64,000 bases of DNA from an uncultured Holophaga sp. (GTDB lineage: Bacteria > Acidobacteriota > Holophagae > Holophagales > Holophagaceae), in the NCBI GenBank assembly GCA_963664825.1, contig OY761614.1, forward strand, positions 2,336,001 to 2,400,000, written 5' to 3'. The translations under genes and the position numbers were made by a program. Every line of letters begins with the position of its first letter. Position 1 is the stretch's first letter. This document shows positions 60,440 through 64,000 of this stretch, one piece after another. The notes under the pieces were generated by a model. It worked only from the letters and a program-made list of their open reading frames with translations. It was not told the DNA's origin and searched no databases.

Positions 60440-61100
60440 ATTTGTAGAAGGTGAGGTCCTCGCTCACCGCGTCCCGGATCGCGATGGCCGTGCGGGGGCC
60501 GATGCCTTCGATGCCGAGCAGATCGGCTTGGGGTGCGGATAGGACGCGCTCGACGCTGCCGAAGTGGTTAAGGAGTGCCAGAGCACGAGTGGCACCCACG
60601 CCAGACAGGCTGGTCAGGATGAACAGCTGTCGGCCGCGCTTGGCCCTGGGCCGCCAACCGGGACGGCGAATGGAGGAACGGGCGCTCCGGCATATCTGGC
60701 GTGCGGCAAGAAGCAGGATACGAGAGGTTTCCGCTTCGTCCATTGCGCGAAGTATCTGGAGATCAAACACGATTCCAAGCGTGAGCAGGGCACCCTGGAT
60801 CGCCGCACGGTGAATACCCGTCTGCTTCCACTCGCTTCCCGAGCCTTCGATAATCATCAGGCCGCGCAGGCCACAATTGGCAAGGCGATAGGCCTGCCTG
60901 AAGGGTCGCCCGTCGCAAAGGCTTGCGAGAAAATCCGGGATTCGTTTGCGTTCCGCGATCACGCGACCTTCGATCAGGTAATCCCCCGTCTTTAGGCGTT
61001 TGCGTGTGATGCGGACTTCTCCTGAAGCCGCCAATCGCATCGCGATGGAGGTCCGGTCCTCTCGGTCATCCACGAGGATGTGTAGAGGGGTCAGACTCAT
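60438..61100 (-). CDS. ERCC4 (XPF/Mus81-like) nuclease with tandem HhH
   Basis: VDDRE, GDY, ERKRIPD and HhH motifs GVG and GIG. Confidence 0.88.
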   Translation of the reverse strand: MSLTPLHILVDDREDRTSIAMRLAASGEVRITRKRLKTGDYLIEGRVIAERKRIPDFLASLCDGRPFRQAYRLANCGLRGLMIIEGSGSEWKQTGIHRAAIQGALLTLGIVFDLQILRAMDEAETSRILLLAARQICRSARSSIRRPGWRPRAKRGRQLFILTSLSGVGATRALALLNHFGSVERVLSAPQADLLGIEGIGPRTAIAIRDAVSEDLTFYK

Positions 61101-61810
61101 GGCAGGGCCCTGAAGAGGGTCAGCACGCGCACCTCCCTGGCGCCACCGGCCTGGAGGGCCTGGGCGCAGCGGAGCAAGGTGGTGCCCGTGGTCCAGACAT
61201 CGTCCACCAGCAGGATGATCCGGTCCTCCACGGGAGCAGGGCGGACTAGCCTCACGGATCGCTTCGGCAGGCGGCGGCGCTGGGTCTCGGTGCGCCGGGC
61301 CTGGCGGCCCGAAAACAGGGCCTTGCGAAGGGTGGTCGCCCCGGGGCGATCCAGGCGTCGGGCCAGAAGCCTGGCGGCCTCCTCCGCCAGATCGAAGCCC
61401 CTCATCCAGTGCCGGGGAAGGGCCGTGGGGGCCCAGGTGACCAGTTCGATATCCCGGGTCCAGGCCGGGAGGGGGGCGGCCTCAACGCGCCGGAGCAGGG
61501 CTCCCTTCCAGCCCAGTTCCCCCTCCTTGATGCCCGGTACCAGCAGGGCGCCCAGGGGCGGATGGCCGCCTCGGTAATCCCAGAGGGCATCCCCCAGGGT
61601 CCAGGCCACGGGTTCGGGACAGGGGGCCTCCGGTGCGTGGCCCAGGGCGCAGCAGGGGCAGCGGGGCAGGGGAAGGGGCACGAGCCCCTCCCAGCAGCGC
61701 GCGCAGAGACCGGCTTCGGCCTGGCCCTGAAGGGGGCTGAGGCAGCCTCGGCAGAGCATGACTCCACCCAGGAGGCGGAGCAGCGTGGCACGATGCGCGG
61801 CAATGGACAT
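61097..61810 (-). CDS. comF: ComF family protein (zinc ribbon plus PRTase)
   Basis: CxxC pairs, RGFD and LLVDDVWTTGTT; start position uncertain. Confidence 0.85.
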   Translation of the reverse strand: MSIAAHRATLLRLLGGVMLCRGCLSPLQGQAEAGLCARCWEGLVPLPLPRCPCCALGHAPEAPCPEPVAWTLGDALWDYRGGHPPLGALLVPGIKEGELGWKGALLRRVEAAPLPAWTRDIELVTWAPTALPRHWMRGFDLAEEAARLLARRLDRPGATTLRKALFSGRQARRTETQRRRLPKRSVRLVRPAPVEDRIILLVDDVWTTGTTLLRCAQALQAGGAREVRVLTLFRALP

Positions 61811-61957
61811 CCCTGAACCCTGAAGGGGCCATGGTGCCACATCCCGCGACCTTCGTGCCCCTGGCCGCTTCGCATCCTCGGCTCTTTGCCTGTTTGTTCG
61901 CTATCCTGGTTATCTTTTGGCCGTGTTCTTCCGTCGACTGTTTTTCCGAGGAGCTTC

Positions 61958-63406
61958 GTGTTCAAGGATCACTGGAATGACCCCACCCTCTCCCGTCGCT
62001 GCGACTGGATTGATCAGCTGCGCGGCTGGGCCGTGATCGTGATGATCGAAGTGCATGTGGTGAACGTGTGGCTCCACGCGGGGCTTCGTCCGGACTGGCT
62101 GAACTTCCTGAATGGCCTGGTGGCGCCCAGTTTCACCATGGCCGCAGGATTCAGCTTGGCCATTTCCACCTTCCGGACCGATGGCACCCTGCGCCCCTTC
62201 TGGCCCATGACGGCCAAGCGCCTGGGCTTCATCCTCCTCTGCGCCTACGCTCTCCACGCGCCGGGCTTCACCCTCGCGGACTGGACGGTGATGAATACGG
62301 CGCAGAAGGCCCGGGAGCTCTTCAAGATCGACGTCCTCCAGTGCATCGTCTTCTCGCTGCTGGTCCTGCATGGGTTGGCGCGGCTCGTGCGGAATCCGAG
62401 GGTGTTCACGTGGCTCGCGCTGGCGATCGCGGTCTTCGTGCCGCTCGTTTCGCCCTCCCTCTGGGCCACGGGTGTGGCCGATGGCATCTGGCTGCCCCTC
62501 CGGGGCATCTTCAATGGCAATCCCGACCGCGGCCTGCAGGCCATCTTCCCCCTCTTTCCCTGGGTCGCCTTCCCGGCCTTCGGCGCCTTCCTGGGCGGGC
62601 TCTACCGGCATCTGCGAGTGGAGCCCATGGAGGGCAGGGCCCGCTGGAGCGAACCCCGCTACCTGGCGGGTTTGGCCCTGATGGGGGTCGCGCTCATGGC
62701 ATGGGGCTTCTCCCGCCAGCATGCCTGGCTCTGGGGAGGCCAGTGGATCCAGCAGAACGGCGTCTGGATGCTCCATGGCACCTCGGGTGAATTCACCTTC
62801 AGCGAACTGGTCAATATCTCCAATGCCACCCTGCCCAGCGTGGCGGGCCGCCTGGGCTGCATCCTCCTGGCGGGGGCGGTCCTGGGCGCGGTGGAATTGG
62901 TGCGGCCCCGTTGGAAGGGCCCCAATCCCGTGGAAGCCGCCAGTCGGGAATCCCTGCTGCTCTACATGCTGCACCTGAACCTGATCTTTGGCCTGCTGCT
63001 CTCCCCGGCGCTCATCGGCCTCACCGGTTGGGGCCCGGGCAGCCTGGGCTGGACGGGGGCCCTGGGGATGACTGCCGCGATCATCGGATTCAATCTTCTG
63101 GCGGGCGTGGTCTGGCAGAGGGTCCGGGAGACGCCGGACTTCATGCGCGGCCTCCAGCGCAAGGCTGTGGTGGCCCTGGGCATCTGGTTCCTGCTGGGAG
63201 GATGGTGGACCTTCGGCCACTTCCTGCGGAGCCCCGAACTGGCCAAGGAACCCTACCGCTTCCTGAATGCGGCGCGCCTCCGGAAGGGCCTGCCTCCCAC
63301 CTCCGACGGTCTGAGCCGGGATCCCATGGAAGGGCTCCGGGAGAAGGCCCGTCGGCACTTCAAACTCAGCGCGCAGGAACGCCAGATGCTGGAATCCAGG
63401 CCGTGA
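61958..63406 (+). CDS. DUF1624/HGSNAT-like membrane acyltransferase
   Basis: IDQLRGWAVIVMIEVH, DVLQCI and FPLFPW. Confidence 0.85.
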   Translation: MFKDHWNDPTLSRRCDWIDQLRGWAVIVMIEVHVVNVWLHAGLRPDWLNFLNGLVAPSFTMAAGFSLAISTFRTDGTLRPFWPMTAKRLGFILLCAYALHAPGFTLADWTVMNTAQKARELFKIDVLQCIVFSLLVLHGLARLVRNPRVFTWLALAIAVFVPLVSPSLWATGVADGIWLPLRGIFNGNPDRGLQAIFPLFPWVAFPAFGAFLGGLYRHLRVEPMEGRARWSEPRYLAGLALMGVALMAWGFSRQHAWLWGGQWIQQNGVWMLHGTSGEFTFSELVNISNATLPSVAGRLGCILLAGAVLGAVELVRPRWKGPNPVEAASRESLLLYMLHLNLIFGLLLSPALIGLTGWGPGSLGWTGALGMTAAIIGFNLLAGVVWQRVRETPDFMRGLQRKAVVALGIWFLLGGWWTFGHFLRSPELAKEPYRFLNAARLRKGLPPTSDGLSRDPMEGLREKARRHFKLSAQERQMLESRP

Positions 63407-64000
63407 GCGCCCCTGCCAGTGACGCCTTCCCTTCCTGGATGGCCGTGCTCGTCGGTGGGCTGGTGCTCTACCGCGGCGCCATGGCCTGCCTGCTGGAGGC
63501 CTTCCACGCCCTGCCTTCCATCCAGCGACGGCGCTTGATGGAAGAGGCGGCCATCCCGAACCCCATGCTGGCCAAGCGTCTCGCCCGGCCCCATGCCCTG
63601 GGCCTGGGCATCGCCCTCTGGAACCAGGCCCTCCTGGTGCTGCTGATCGCCCTGCTCTGGCCTGTCCATGCCGTGCTCCCCGGGGGCATCTGGACCTTCG
63701 TGGCCCTGGCCCTGGTCTACGTCTGGGTCATGGATCTGGCCCTTCCCACCCTGCTCACGGGGGCCTCCCCCGGGGTCTGGATCTTCCGCTTATTTCCCTT
63801 CTACGCCCCGTCCCACCGCATCCTGGGTCCCCTCATCGCACCCCTGGCTCGCTATGTGGAGCGCCAGCGGGAGGCCCAGGACCGGGTGCGGGATTCCGTC
63901 GATGAGGAGCCCAGCGATGACGCCGTGACGGCCCTCCTGGAGGAGGGTGAGGCTGAGGGCATTCTGGAGGAGGAGGACCGGGAGCTCATCCGCAACGTGG
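63403..64000 (+). CDS. hemolysin/CorC-CNNM family membrane protein (3' end outside window)
   Basis: GTGA overlap; TM helices then LLEEGEAEGILEEEDRELIRNV, the linker preceding the CBS domains. Confidence 0.8.
   Translation, partial: MSAPASDAFPSWMAVLVGGLVLYRGAMACLLEAFHALPSIQRRRLMEEAAIPNPMLAKRLARPHALGLGIALWNQALLVLLIALLWPVHAVLPGGIWTFVALALVYVWVMDLALPTLLTGASPGVWIFRLFPFYAPSHRILGPLIAPLARYVERQREAQDRVRDSVDEEPSDDAVTALLEEGEAEGILEEEDRELIRNV

Overview
GC-rich bacterial chromosomal window; the gene content and style suggest an anaerobic Acidobacteriota (Holophagae-like) organism, which is an inference only. Most of it is core or housekeeping: cysS (5'-truncated by the window), rnr, ruvC, a Bat-like DUF58/VWA cluster, a trimeric electron-bifurcating [FeFe]-hydrogenase, mutS2, rpsU, lepA, two divergent M16B peptidase pairs, arcA, aqpZ, an arginine-synthetase(ArcE)-like P-loop protein and comF. 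Small accessory inserts sit among these genes: a lower-GC ABC-type ATPase plus TOPRIM-like pair (candidate defence system), a type IIG restriction-modification gene inside the VWA operon, an ERCC4 nuclease coupled to comF, and a GxxExxY nuclease pseudogene fused back-to-back to a truncated DUF4139 paralog. A dispersed family of long, purine/pyrimidine-skewed, periodic hairpins (REP/REPIN-like) occurs at several gene ends, including directly upstream of both candidate defence inserts. No rRNA, tRNA, CRISPR array or transposase was seen. All calls come from motif recognition by eye; no searches were run.
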